Shown here: positions 1-12,048 of the stretch, piece after piece | Numbering within the stretch: position 1 is the stretch's first letter | How the letters are laid out: every line of letters starts with the position of its first letter | Assembly: GCA_950097015.1 (NCBI GenBank) | Contig: CATNEN010000007.1 | Location: 9,734,001 to 9,798,000, forward strand | From: Macrostomum hystrix | Taxonomy: Eukaryota; Animalia; Platyhelminthes | DNA length: 64,000 nucleotides | Direction of reading: 5' to 3' | The notes under the pieces: model-generated | Seen by the model: only the letters and a program-made list of their open reading frames with translations | What the model was told of the DNA's origin: nothing | The model's database searches: none | Position numbers and translations under genes: made by a program

Positions 1-60
1 GGCTCCCAGCAGCTCATCCTCGCCGCAGCTTCTCGCTCTGCCAGTGCGCAAGTTTTCACA

Positions 61-561
61 ATGCCAAGCTCGATAACAATGTCGGCCTTCGTCCTCCTGG
101 CCGTGGCGCTGGGCGTCTCCCTGCAGAGCGGCGCTGAGGCCCGCTCTGACATCACTGTGGTAGGTGGTCAGGAATGAAGCTCAGGCCAGTTTTTGTCATA
201 GAACTCCTGCCCCAAAGCCCAAGCTCTTGCCCATGAAAACGCATTGCAGGACAGGTCAATCAAGAAGTGCGGCATCGACCTAATCCGCACCCTGTGGCAG
301 GTGTGCGGCCTACGGGGCCGACGAGTTAAGCGTCGAACTCTCGACACGGCAGGTGAGTCGGACGCCGCGTGTGCCAGCAGCCACTGACGTGTCTTTAAAA
401 AGTCCTTCAGCGCCCCCTTTCAAAACATTTCAGTCGAGGGACTGTCGAAGCGCAACAACGACCTGACGAGGCTGCGCTGTATGATTAAGTCAGATGACAT
501 CGTGTACAACTGCTGTTGCAACTCGTGCCGCCTGTCCTTCCTCGAGCTCTACTGTGAGTAG
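61..561 (+). CDS. Insulin-like peptide precursor 1 (3 exons: 61-159, 250-352, 434-561; 109 aa)
   Basis: Hand translation gives signal MPSSITMSAFVLLAVALGVSLQSGAEA, B chain KCGIDLIRTLWQVC, KRR and KR cleavage sites, and A chain NNDLTRLRCMIKSDDIVYNCCCNSCRLSFLELYCE*. Introns are GT-AG, phases 0 and 1, and the frame closes on TAG 559-561. Absent from the ORF track. Confidence 0.93.
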
Positions 562-1278
562 CGCGCACACGGATGACTCAAACTGACAGGCAACACCTGA
601 ACTGACTTGGCCCCAGACTCGCGAACCACCCACCTCCCCCAGTCAGCTGAGCTCGCTAGGAAAGTGCACTCGAAATACACTCAGAGTCACCGCATCCCGC
701 GCTAGCAGCGGCGCAGACGGAAACGAAAACTCGGGCTGTGGATTTTCCACCGATTAGATTTTCGCTTCCTTAGCAACCGTTTTTTCCTTTGATCCGGATA
801 TAAACCTGAAGCCCGTTTGAGTTTTGCTCGATTCTTTTGAAAAAATTAACAAAAAATGCATAGCCTTAATCCTTGCCTTAAACAATGGGATCGTGCTGGA
901 ACAATGGCCAGACCGTGAACTCTAACAATAGACAAACACTGTCCATTCTGGGTGGTAAATTTTGAAAATTTTCTCATTGAAGGAAATCTTGTCTAAATTA
1001 AATTCAATGAAAACTGCCTTGTGTGGGTTTACTTTATCATTGATGAATCGGTATTGCGTAGTGAGGTTTGAAATCAGAAGTAATTTTACCTCTATTTAAT
1101 TTGGAGTCCAACAGGAACGCTGCAGAATGTCCTGTACAACCAGAACTCACCAGCTTGGTGGATTCAAGGCTTCTAAGACATTCTTTAACTCTTAGTTCTG
1201 TACAAAGTAATGACAAAAGCAACAACGACAGCAAAAAAACAAAACAAAAAAGCTATTTTAACAAAGCAACAGCAACAA

Positions 1279-1500
1279 AAAACAATAGCAAACAACAATA
1301 GCAAACAGCAATAGCAAACAACAATAGCAAACAACAATAGCAAACAACAATAGCAAACAACAATAGCAAACAGCAATAGCAAACAACAATAGCAAACAAC
1401 AATAGCAAACAACAATAGCAAACAACAATAGCAAACAGCAATAGCAAACAACAATAGCAAACAACAATAGCAAACAACAATAGCAAACAACAATAACAAA
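1279..1500. repeat. 13-bp tandem repeat (AAACAACAATAGC)n
   Basis: Direct reading; source of the spurious LLLFAIVVCYCC ORFs. Confidence 0.95.
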
Positions 1501-1507
1501 CAAAAAT

Positions 1508-1541
1508 GGGTCCTGAGCTCGAATCCGCGGCCAGGCCACAT
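1508..1541 (+). mobile_element. Head fragment of SINE family A
   Basis: GGGTCCTGAGCTCGAATCCGCGGCCAGGCCACA matches the B-box region of the copies at 11.9 and 20.9 kb. Confidence 0.5.
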
Positions 1542-1658
1542 AGAGAATCAGTTGTGTCGCTCAAGCCAGTTAGGAAGGCCGAGTTGCGAAGAAACCCTCG
1601 TGGGCTGAGCTAAAATAATTGCACGGCTGAAGTATATGTGCTCAGCGCCGGGGAGGGT

Positions 1659-2080
1659 GTCAGTCAGTCAGTCAGTCAGTCAGTCAGTCAGTCAGTCAGT
1701 CAGTCAGTCAGTCAGTCAGTCAGTCAGTCAGTCAGTCAGTCAGTCAGTCAGTCAGTCAGTCAGTCAGTCAGTCAGTCAGTCAGTCAGTCAGTCAGTCAGT
1801 CAGTCAGTCAGTCAGTCAGTCAGTCAGTCAGTCAGTCAGTCAGTCAGTCAGTCAGTCAGTCAGTCAGTCAGTCAGTCAGTCAGTCAGTCAGTCAGTCAGT
1901 CAGTCAGTCAGTCAGTCAGTCAGTCAGTCAGTCAGTCAGTCAGTCAGTCAGTCAGTCAGTCAGTCAGTCAGTCAGTCAGTCAGTCAGTCAGTCAGTCAGT
2001 CAGTCAGTCAGTCAGTCAGTCAGTCAGTCAGTCAGTCAGTCAGTCAGTCAGTCAGTCAGTCAGTCAGTCAGTCAGTCAGT
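1659..2080. repeat. (CAGT)n microsatellite, ~105 units
   Basis: Perfect tetranucleotide run. Confidence 0.99.
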
Positions 2081-2362
2081 TAGCTAGCTAGTTTTGATGA
2101 TTAAAGCGGGCCAGAGGCCTCAATCAGTGCGGCATCCACAAGATGCCGGATAGTTAAGAAATATTTCCCCTTGACAAACAAAGCTAATAGTGCTTCAGTG
2201 AGCCGGACAATGCGTGGGCGGTTGGCGGAGCATTGGCCCCAGCCTCTCCGACCAATGGCCGGGCGCGGCCTCGAGTCGCAGCATAAATGCCGCAGCGGAA
2301 GCGGCGGCGGCGGCAGACCGGATGCCAGCTACTCAACCGCTGTCCGCCAGACCAGACAGTTA

Positions 2363-2851
2363 ATGAAGCTCACAACAATGTCCAGCAGGGCGTAGGTGTC
2401 TCCCTGTGTCGCGTGGAGGGCCGATCGGAGCTGTCTGAGGTGAATGGACTCAAATAGCTTCACCGCCTATCCTAAGTGTGAGCAGTGTCATTATTAGGCC
2501 ACGCTATCCCAAGCCCCCAACCCTTGTGCAGAACAGGTACGTGCGGAGGTGCGGACTGAGGCTGATCCAGACCCTGTGGCAGGTGTGCGCTGACCGGGGC
2601 AGCATCTACAATGGCGGCAGGCGGCCGCCGTCTCGGTTCAGCGGCCAGTCCTCGGAGGGCTCCACGCAGCCAGTCGGACTCGAACTTCGATGGCACCTTC
2701 TGCTGGGCAGACTTCAGCCGTCAGCAGCTCGTCAAAGAGGAGCCCGAGGCTGACGGATCTCGGCTGCCTGATCGAGCGGGATGACCTGGTTTACCACTGC
2801 TGCTGCCGCCGGTGCAGCATCTCGTACATGGAGCTGTACTGCAGCTTCTGA
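2363..2851 (+). pseudogene. Insulin-like peptide precursor 2, frame-disrupted (pseudogene or assembly indels)
   Basis: Exon 1 reads MKLTTMS, shifts frame, then GVGVSLCRVEGRSELSE|gtgaat (2439); the hydrophobic core is missing. B chain from 2532 is NRYVRRCGLRLIQTLWQVC. The A chain KRSPRLTDLGCLIERDDLVYHCCCRRCSISYMELYCSF* (2735-2851) is in another frame with no strong donor between. Confidence 0.8.
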
Positions 2852-3835
2852 CCTATGTCAGCCGCGGACTGTCATTGTTTAATCTTCGTCACATTCAGAA
2901 GAGCTGCTGTGCTGTCCTGAAATATACTGAAAGACACAATGGGAAGAGGTGACTTTGAAAATTAAATCGTATATAGCATTTTAGGCTGGGGAACAAAGCC
3001 TGACCTGTCGGCGCAGACTGAGGCCCATTTGTGGAAAGTCTACATGTAAACCAACTGTGCACTTGTGCTGAAAAAGTAATGGTCGATCACGGACCCTCTG
3101 AGAGCGCCTGAACACCTCATTCGGCTGGGGGATAATCAGGCTTGTTCAGTCAGGGGGATCCCAGACCGTCAGGGATTGACACAGGCGCCACACTTCCCAC
3201 CAAGTGTTAAGGCTGCAGGCAGTGGCTGGCCAGCCGAGCAAAACAATGTCCAGTGCTATTTTTAGAAACACTACTGACTCAATACCCGATTCAGCATGAT
3301 TTGTCTAATCGGTTGAATTTTAACTTCAGAAAAAGGAAAAAAATCCGCAATTAAAATGCACCCCTGGCCTGCAAATTATCCCTTCTTAGGAATAATTAGT
3401 CTGAGCCACTTCGGACCTAATTAATCCCCTATTAGCTGGTCTAATGAAAACTAACAGACCATTTGTGCTCGGCTAGCTCATTGCTGTCCCTTCCCGCACT
3501 TCTTCTAGAAGATTCTGAACGGAAATTGATGTCGGGGGATCAGACCAACGGCTTCACGACTACTTTTGTCACCGGGAACTGGGCACTTCATTTCCGGAAT
3601 GGACTCCAACAGCGCTGATGATTCGGTGAAAATTAGAGGAATTTTTAGAATTGTTCTTCTGAATTAATGGGGCCGCCTGCTGCAGCTGATGTGCCCAGAG
3701 CTACTCAACTTCAAAGTGAGCTCAAATATACCTAAATAAATTTTATCGATGATCATTGCCAATTATACACATAGTTCCCACTCCAGCACAACCAACTGCC
3801 ACTTGGTATCAGAACCTAAAAACTTTGGACTCGAG

Positions 3836-4775
3836 GTTAATTAGGGCGCGTCTCACACATAATGGCATGTACAGCTAGCTTGATTAATTAGGGCGCGTCT
3901 CACACACACAATGGCATGTACAGCTAGTTTGATTAATTAGGCCGCGTCTCACACACACAATGGCATGTACAGCTAGCTTGATTAATTAGGGCGCGTCTCA
4001 CACACACAATGGCATGTACAGCTAGCTTGATTAATTAGGGCGCGTCTCACACATAATGGCATGTACAGCTAGCTTGATTAATTAGGGCGCGTCTCACACA
4101 CACAATGGCATGTACAGCTAGTTTGATTAATTAGGGCGCGTCTCACACACACAATGGCATGTACAGCTAGCTTGATTAATTAGGGCGCGTCTCACACATA
4201 ATGGCATGTACAGCTAGCTTGATTAATTAGGGCGCGTCTCACACATAATGGCATGTACAGCTAGCTTGATTAATTAGGGCGCGTCTCACACACAATGGCA
4301 TGTACAGCTAGTTTGATTAATTAGGGCGCGTCTCACACACACAATGGCATGTACAGCTAGCTTGATTAATTAGGGCGCGTCTCACACATAATGGCATGTA
4401 CAGCTAGCTTGATTTATTAGGGCGGGTCTCACACACACAATGGCATGTACAGCTAGCTTGGTTAATTAGGGTGGGTCTCACACACACAATGGCATGTACA
4501 GCTAGCTTGATTTATTAGGGCGGGTCTCACACACACAATGGCATGTACAGCTAGCTTGGTTAATTAGGGTGGGTCTCACACACACAATGGCATGTACAGC
4601 TAGCTTGATTTATTAGGGCGGGTCTCACACACACAATGGCATGTACAGCTAGCTTGATTAATTAGGGCGGGTCTCACACACACAATGGCATGTACAGCTA
4701 GCTTGATTAATTAGGGGGGGCCTCACACACAATGGCATGTACAGCTTGTTTGATTAATTAGGGCGCGTCTCACAC
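3836..4775. repeat. 47-49 bp minisatellite GATTAATTAGGGCGCGTCTCACAC(AC)ACAATGGCATGTACAGCTAGCTT, ~19-20 units
   Basis: Direct reading; unit length varies with the internal CA run. Confidence 0.95.
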
Positions 4776-5446
4776 ATACTGTGAATCAAACTCGTAACCT
4801 GCTAGGCTGCAGTTTGCACTTTTCGCAGCTGTCTCCTGATCAAGAAAGCCAGACTCCGCTAGTCTCTTATTCCCGATTAGTTATTAACCAATTAAATTTC
4901 TCTCGCGTCCTTCAACAACATGATTCAAATCGAGCTGGACCCAAGGAACCTGGCCAGACCCTGCAAGTACTCGTCTGTTTGCTTATTTCCAGTTCAAATT
5001 AACCAATTTCGCAACAAGTGTGAACCATCATGCAAAGCGCGGACAAAATTAAATTTTAAATACTGATTAACACTACGAACTCAACGACAACTAAAGTAGA
5101 CATCAATACGATACTTTGTATGTAACTAGTAGTATGTAGCTACTTAGCAGTAGCTAGTAGCATCCATCAAGGTGAAGAATGATGATAAAAAGTGATAAAA
5201 CTCTGGTTAGTACGGACGAAGCTGATTGGCGGATCTGTCACCGACCACTGAGTCAGCCGCCGACCACTGAGTCCGACAGTCAAAGCCAGCCGCGGCGATA
5301 AAACGGCAGCTGGACCCGACCCCGGCAGGGATTTTCGCGGCCTGAACTCGCTGATTGCGCAATCCCACAGCCTACTCAGAGCTGCCTCGGCCTGCTGATC
5401 AACTCAATCTCTGAGCAGCGAACTGCGGCTCACCTGACAAGTCCCT

Positions 5447-6043
5447 ATGCCAGCCACAGCAGCGCCGCCAATGCGGTCCACTCTGATGCCGCTAACGTCA
5501 CTGCTGCTGCTGCTGATGCTGCTGCTGGCAATGACAGAACCACAGCTGGCGAACATTGCAACCTCCGAGCATGATGTGAGTTCGCCATAATATCTCTTCA
5601 GAGAGTCCTGATTAGACCAAGTCTGATCAGTACAAGCATGGTGCAAAATGAGCACAATGTACTTTGAAACACTTGCAGGACATCAGCATCCAGCAGTGCG
5701 GCACGGCCCTGGTGGAAGCCGTCCGCATCGTCTGTCACTACCGCGGCGGCATATATGAGCACCGGCCCGGCGCCCTGGAGGCGGCGGCCCGAGTGCGCAA
5801 ACGCGAAGCCGCGGCGGACGCCGCAGGTGATTAAAAGCGAGCTCAAATGAAACACTCTTTTGATTCAAAAGACGCCCTGGCCTCATTCAACCCCCGAACC
5901 CCGCAGTGGCCCGCGCCAAGCGCCAGATGAGTTTGTCGTCCCTGGCCTGCATGATCAACGGGGCGGAGAACATTGTGAGCCGCTGCTGCTGCCGCTCGTG
6001 CCCGCTGTCCTACCTGTACGGCTTCTGCGCCAATCCCTACTAG
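5447..6043 (+). CDS. Insulin-like peptide precursor 3 (3 exons: 5447-5575, 5679-5826, 5907-6043; 137 aa)
   Basis: Leu-rich signal peptide; B chain QCGTALVEAVRIVCHYRGGIY; RKR and KR sites; A chain QMSLSSLACMINGAENIVSRCCCRSCPLSYLYGFCANPY*. Same intron phases (0, 1) as gene 1. Confidence 0.93.
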
Positions 6044-6716
6044 CAGAGTGACCGGCAGAGTGACCGGCGGAGTGACCAACTTCAGAGGATGACATTGCAA
6101 ATAGGTAGACTATTTTCTGAAGCCATTTACTTCTACCCTTAATCGAATTTTTCACTGGCCGTTACGAACTTTTGAAAACAAATAAACCGCGAAAATGCAG
6201 AACCGCAAAAGTGCTTTTACTCAAGAAAATGAGCTCTCCGCAATTGCAAGCGCTTTTCCTAGAAAATTTTACCTTTGCTGCTGTTTAGAATGTGCGTGTG
6301 TGTGTTTGTGTGTGTATTAATTACAGAGTATCTTGTAGGCACTCAGTGGAATTGAGACTGAAAGCCTTGACGTCTGCCACTATGGTTGACAACCTGACGT
6401 GACACATTGGAGGCAGGACAGCCAGCGCTAACAATCAGAATACCAGAGCGGTTTCAATCTCAAGCCAAGTCTAGGTTTCTGAGACTTTTGCCACAGAATT
6501 GACACAGCATTTTATCGATTTAAGGCGCTTAATTACGAGCTATTTTAGGTGTGAAAAATCTGCACCAGACCCTGCAGAGTTTGCTGCGGGCCTTGACTAA
6601 ACACCAAGTATGAGCAATTGATGCCCAATCAGTGCAGAACAGTATATCGGGTTGGGCCTACGCAAATGACACAAAACTGCAGCGCGACCGCCGACACGCT
6701 AAAAATCTTGAAAATT

Positions 6717-7068
6717 CTCCAGAGACAGTTGCAGGACAGTTGCAGTCCTCCAGAGACAGTTGCAGTCCTCCAGAGACAGTTGCAGTCCTCCAGAGACAGT
6801 TGCTGTCCTCCAGAGACAGTTGCAGTCCTCCAGAGACAGTTGCAGTCCTCCAGAGACAGTTGCAGTCCTCCAGAGACAGTTGCAGTCCTCCAGAGACAGT
6901 TGCAGTCCTCCAGAGACAGTTGCAGTCCTCCAGAGACAGTTGCAGTCCTCCAGAGACAGTTGCAGTCCTCCAGAGACAGTTGCAGTCCTCCAGAGACAGT
7001 TGCAGTCCTCCAGAGACAGTTGCAGTCCTCCAGATACAGTTGCAGTCCTCCAGAGACAGTTGCAGTTC
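6717..7068. repeat. 20-bp minisatellite (CTCCAGAGACAGTTGCAGTC)n
   Basis: Direct reading. Confidence 0.96.
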
Positions 7069-8619
7069 TTCACACAATAATTCGTGACCAAGTCGTGCTT
7101 GCACAGACCTAAAGCCATGCACTGATTGAAGTCCAAAGTTTCACCCGATGGAATTTCGACCTTAGAGGGCGCATGTCCGACAAAAAATGTCTGCAAGTTG
7201 GCAGATAGCTGAGTCTAGCAGCGCAAGCAGCCGCAATGCTGCTGTGAAGCAAACACCTGCACAGTCTTAGCAGTCTGAGTTCTGGAGTCAGGAAAAATAG
7301 CATGACTTAATCCTTGCAAGCATCGCTTGCCCGAATATGGGATGAAAATATTAGCAACCTCGGCAAGAGAATCTGTGGTGTGAGGCGTCGGCTTTCGCAG
7401 GCGGGCATGAGCAGCCGGGGAATCGGGCTGAAAACGAGCTCGGCGCACGACGCGCAGCGCCGCCGGACGCGTCTTGAAGTCGTGGTGGCTCGCATGACGC
7501 CAGCTGGTTGTCCCGCAATGAGAATTCGCGGTCCAAAATAGCTCAGCCAGCCTCACAACCCGAGACTGTGGCAGATCTGTGCCGGTAACCGAAAAAAACA
7601 GAAGTGCTTTTTCCGTGGCCTAAGCCATTGTGCCCGGGCTAGAACCAGAAAGAAGGCTGGTTTCAATCTTCCGATCCAATCGACCACATCCTTGCTGCTT
7701 TTCATTCCAGTACTGTTCATTAATACTTGACACCTGGCTTTTCTGAGGTCCTGTGCACTGTTTTAATTGATATAGATATACCAGCCTGGGCAGGTAGTCA
7801 GTGAGTAGGCTGAGTTCACTCTCTCCAGGATAGCTGGAGAGTGCTCAGGGACAATCGCATCAGAATTTGCAGGGTGCGCTTATCCAATTTATTCTAGTAG
7901 ACTCATCTGGACATTGCCTGATGCATGCATGCATTTGCTATCAAACTGCATGTGACGCAGCCTCGGGTGCACTTTCCCTTCTTAAGAACATTGCGTGAGG
8001 AGCAACGTTTTTATAAGTCTTCATTTCAGTTTGGCTAGGGTCTATATTTAGCAGTCTCGCAATGCTCACCTGTACTAGCTCAGGTGAGTTCGCTGACGTC
8101 ACGAAAGCCTTGCAGTGGGTCGGTGGATGAAATTTCCACACTCACAATTGAATTTTCGGCCTGACAAAGCTAGTTTGGCTTTGCGATCAATTTTTGTCGC
8201 ACAAGTCAGCTTGGAAAAGTACCAAAACAACTCGCTTAGCTGGCGGTTCCGTTACCCTCTTTATCTCAGTGCTGAGTAAGTCAGGTCAGGTGATTCTCAA
8301 ATTGCCCGAGGTGAGAATAGTTCTCAACCCGCAGGAAACTGCCAATCTACTCCTTGACATCGCGATCCCAATCTGGCCCCGAGATTTCTTGAGGTTAAAA
8401 TGACAGATTTGTTCAATCGAGGGGGCGTGGAATTCAGCAGCCAAAGGTTGCGGGAGTGCGGGAGAACTTGTGCCCGCCCGCTGGCTTACAGTGCGTGTTC
8501 GGTGCGCATTGAGGGCATGGCACCAGCTGATCACATGCGGATTACTGCACTTTAGCACATCCCCTTTATCCCCTTTCGCACCTATAAAGAAAGATAATAC
8601 TAGTATATACCCAGTCAAT

Positions 8620-8740
8620 GAGTGGTAGCCTTAGTGGTTACAGGGTCGGACTCGGGACTTGAAGGTCAGGGGTTCGATTCATGACTCGTTTTTCTGACCT
8701 TGTGTGTCCTTCAGTAAGACACTAAACTCTTGCCTCAGCC
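8620..8740 (+). mobile_element. tRNA-derived SINE (family B) with CORE-like segment
   Basis: A box TAGCCTTAGTGG (8626), B box GGTTCGATTC (~8670), then TGTGTCCTTCAGTAAGACACTAAAC resembling the CORE-SINE domain. A related head lies at 30879-30940 (-). Confidence 0.6.
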
Positions 8741-8837
8741 TTCAGGTGCGGCTGCATGAGCCAAATGAGGGAAAGTTTCAATTCTAGCAAAGGATTTTTT
8801 GCAATTTAGCCCTTTACTAGCAAAGCATGCCAACCCT

Positions 8838-9825
8838 TGATAAATCATGCTCCCCCTATTGCAGCGTTCATGCAGCCACTTCAATAAATCATGCTCCCCT
8901 ATTGCAGCGTTCATGCAGCCACTTCAATAAATCATGCTCCCCTATTGCAGCGTTCATGCAGCCACTTCAATAAATCATGCTCCCCTATTGCAGCGTTCAT
9001 GCAGCCACTTCAATAAATCATGCTCCCCCTATTGCAGCGTTCATGCAGCCACTTCAATAAATCATGCTCCCCCTATTGCAGCGTTCATGCAGCCACTTCA
9101 ATAAATCATGCTCCCCTATTGCAGCGTTCATGCAGCCACTTCAATAAATCATGCTCCCCCTATTGCAGCGTTCATGCAGCCACTTCAATAAATCATGCTC
9201 CCCTATTGCAGCGTTCATGCAGCCACTTCAATAAATCATGCTTTCCCAGAACAATTCACGCTTCCCCTTCGTTAAATCATGCTTTCCCAGAAAAATTCAC
9301 GCTTCCCTTTCGATAAATCATGCCTCCCCTCAATTCGTGTTTCCCTTTCGATAAATCATGCCTTCCCAGAAAAATTCATGCCTCCCCTCGATAATTCATG
9401 CTTCCCTTTCGATGCTTTCCCAGAAAAGTTCATGCTTCCCTTTCGATAAATCATGCCTTCCCAGAAAAATTCATGCCTCCCCTCGATAATTCATGCTTCC
9501 CTTTCGATGCTTTCCCAGAAAAGTTCATGCTTCCCTTTCGATAAATCATGCCTCCCCTCACTTCGTGCTTCCCCTTCGTTAAATCATGCTTTCCCAGAAA
9601 AGTTCATGCTTCCCTTTCGATAAATCATGCCTCCCCTCACTTCGTGCTTCCCCTTCGTTAAATCATGCTTTCCCAGAAAAGTTCATGCTTCCCTTTCGAT
9701 AAATCATGCCTCCCCTCACTTCGTGCTTGCCCTTCGTTAAATCATGCTTTCCCAGAAAAAGTCAAGCTTCCATTTCGGTAAAAATTTCCACACAAAAATT
9801 CATGCTTTCCCTTCGATAAGTCATC
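8838..9825. repeat. 43-44 bp minisatellite grading into diverged TCATGCTTCCC-based repeats
   Basis: AATAAATCATGCTCCCCTATTGCAGCGTTCATGCAGCCACTTC x ~9, followed by related subunits. Confidence 0.9.
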
Positions 9826-11708
9826 ATCCTATTGAAAAAATATGCAGTACCCTTTGAGTATTTTCCTGTAAATGTTTTGGTTTAAAGGAATTAAGCGATG
9901 TCGGTAGTTCGTTTATTGGTCGAAGACGTCAGTCGATTGATTGAGTAAAGCCTTGAATTGGCTAGTCTTGCAGCTGCATGTATTTATACATGTATTGCGT
10001 AATAACCGGAAATTCGAGAAAATGCTTACCGTATGACAAAAGAAATGTAGATAATATTTTTGTCATACAAAATAAATTATATAGCGTATATGGAGCACAT
10101 TATTTATTCATTTTTGTACAAGTAAAATATATTTAAATAACAGAGTGTTACTGTTCAAAACTTTCTAAAAAAAACTGCGAATCCTAAGTTTACGCATATT
10201 ATGGAAATTTCTAGAATAAATAGTAAATAATAGTGAAATTAACAACAACAATATGAAAATTCGCTACAATGTTATCTCCTGAAAATCTATTTTTTCTCCT
10301 GGAAATCTCATGCCATTTCTTTAAGACATTCCCTAGATATTTAGGGATTCCATGCCATTTACTTGATCCCTCATGCTGCCATCCATTGATAGTCTAGTGA
10401 ATATTTTCTTTAGTTTCATGTTTTCTTCGAAATATTATGCTTTCGAAATATACACAAAATAATGCTAGCTGCCCTGCTCGAAAAACTTTAATTCTAAAAA
10501 GAAAACGTCTTTTGTGATTTAAAAATTTTCTTCTAGTCTTGAATCTACGAATAACGATTGCAGCAATGCTCGAAACACTTTCTTAAACTTTCTTAAACTT
10601 TCTTTAGTTTTGAAAATAAAATACCGCTGACAGATAGGTTCTCATAAGTATGCTCAATCAGTCTTCATTTAGTTTTGAAGCCAATCGAATATTTAACGCT
10701 TGCAAGAATGCTTGAAATTAAATACGTTAAAATAAAAATTAACAACGCTAATAGCTATGCTCAAAATATTTTCCTGTATTTCTGAATCTTATAACGCTTG
10801 CAGCTACTCGTATAAGCTCGAAAATTCTTTCCTCAGTTCTGTATCGAATAAAACTTGCTGCTGCAGTACGAGACGAACAATGAAGCAAACAAATATTTGC
10901 TTCGACAGTAGCTAATCAAAAGCGCTTGCTAGATTCATACTCCTACCGTAAAAGCCTAGTAAAGAAGAAATAGAAAACTGCAGTTACTTTTTTCTTTGCC
11001 CTTTGCCCCCCTTTAGCACCCACAATAGCAGAGAAGCAATGCCCTTCTATAATCAAGTGAATGAGAATGAGAGAAATGAAAACCTTGGTGGATAATCAAG
11101 GTTTTCATTTTAATAGTATAGTTTTAATATACTCGTAGTAGTATAGCAAGCAAGATTTAGTTTATATTCCAAGTATATATATTATAATTTGAGCAGTCTT
11201 TAAGTACGTTTGTGTTTGAGCAGTCTTTAACTCAAGCTTAGAAATAAGGCGACATCAATAAATTCATTAAGGCAGATTCCCAGCTCAGGTCCTGAAGATC
11301 AATGAACGAAACTTGTTAGAAATGGTAACACAATGCTAAACAGAATTTAGTAATTCTATTATATTTAAAGAACCATTCTTATTCAGAACTTAAGAAAACT
11401 ATATATATTGTTCACCGATATAGAAATATTTTATTTAAATTTTAACCTTTTACACAGTAGATGCCATACGTTGCCTACTCATAGTAGCTGCGGAGATTGA
11501 AAGCAACAATAATGTTCGATTGAAATCTAGAAACTTTCTTCCTTTACAAACAGTTTATCTTCGAATTTTGCGGCTCTTGTTGCAGCCTAATTTGTTATAC
11601 TTGTTATACTTGTTATATTTTTAGATCTAAAAAAAATGCTGCATAGTTTAAATCACCTATAGGAAAAAATGACGGTAATTTTAGAGCTTTAAATGACTCG
11701 TTCTAAAT

Positions 11709-12048
11709 GACTCCTGAACACACATGCACACACAGATAAAGTACACCATTTACTGTCCTGTGTATTCTTGATTGTACAGCAAGTTTACACTCTCATTGTG
11801 CCCTGGGTGTTTGTCCAAAATGGTGCGAATTGCACAACAAGCCCCACCAAGCCTTCTCTGCGCGACTGCCCCCAAAATTACTGTGGCCTCGCCGCGGAAT
11901 CGAGCTCAGGAACCTTCGGGAACTAGTTAACCACTCTGCCACTCACCCTCCAGCTCAGGAACCTTCGGGAACTAGTTAACCACTCTGCCACTCACCCTCC
12001 AGCTCAGGAACCTTCGGGAACTAGTTAACCACTCTGCCACTCACCCTC
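11709..12048 (-). mobile_element. SINE family A copy with the head triplicated in tandem (~50 bp unit)
   Basis: Reverse complement carries GGGTGAGTGGCAGAGTGGTT (A box), GCTCGATTCCGCGGCGAGGCCACA (B box) and body motifs shared with other copies. Confidence 0.7.

Noticed and set aside
1636-2091. (SQSV)n ORFs and other repeat-derived ORFs at 1.2, 6.6-7.2, 9.0, 13.4, 17.5, 26.8, 32.7, 46.4 and 58-59.5 kb
   Set aside because: Translations of non-coding tandem repeats; the same peptide appears in multiple frames.
8620-8690. Possible tRNA gene
   Set aside because: A and B boxes are present but the T and acceptor stems do not form a proper cloverleaf; better explained as a SINE head.
11074-11110. 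14-bp perfect hairpin AAATGAAAACCTTG...CAAGGTTTTCATTT; also an imperfect inverted repeat at ~38659-38728
   Set aside because: Isolated in AT-rich DNA, with no Helitron CTRR end, target duplication or second copy to support an element or ncRNA.
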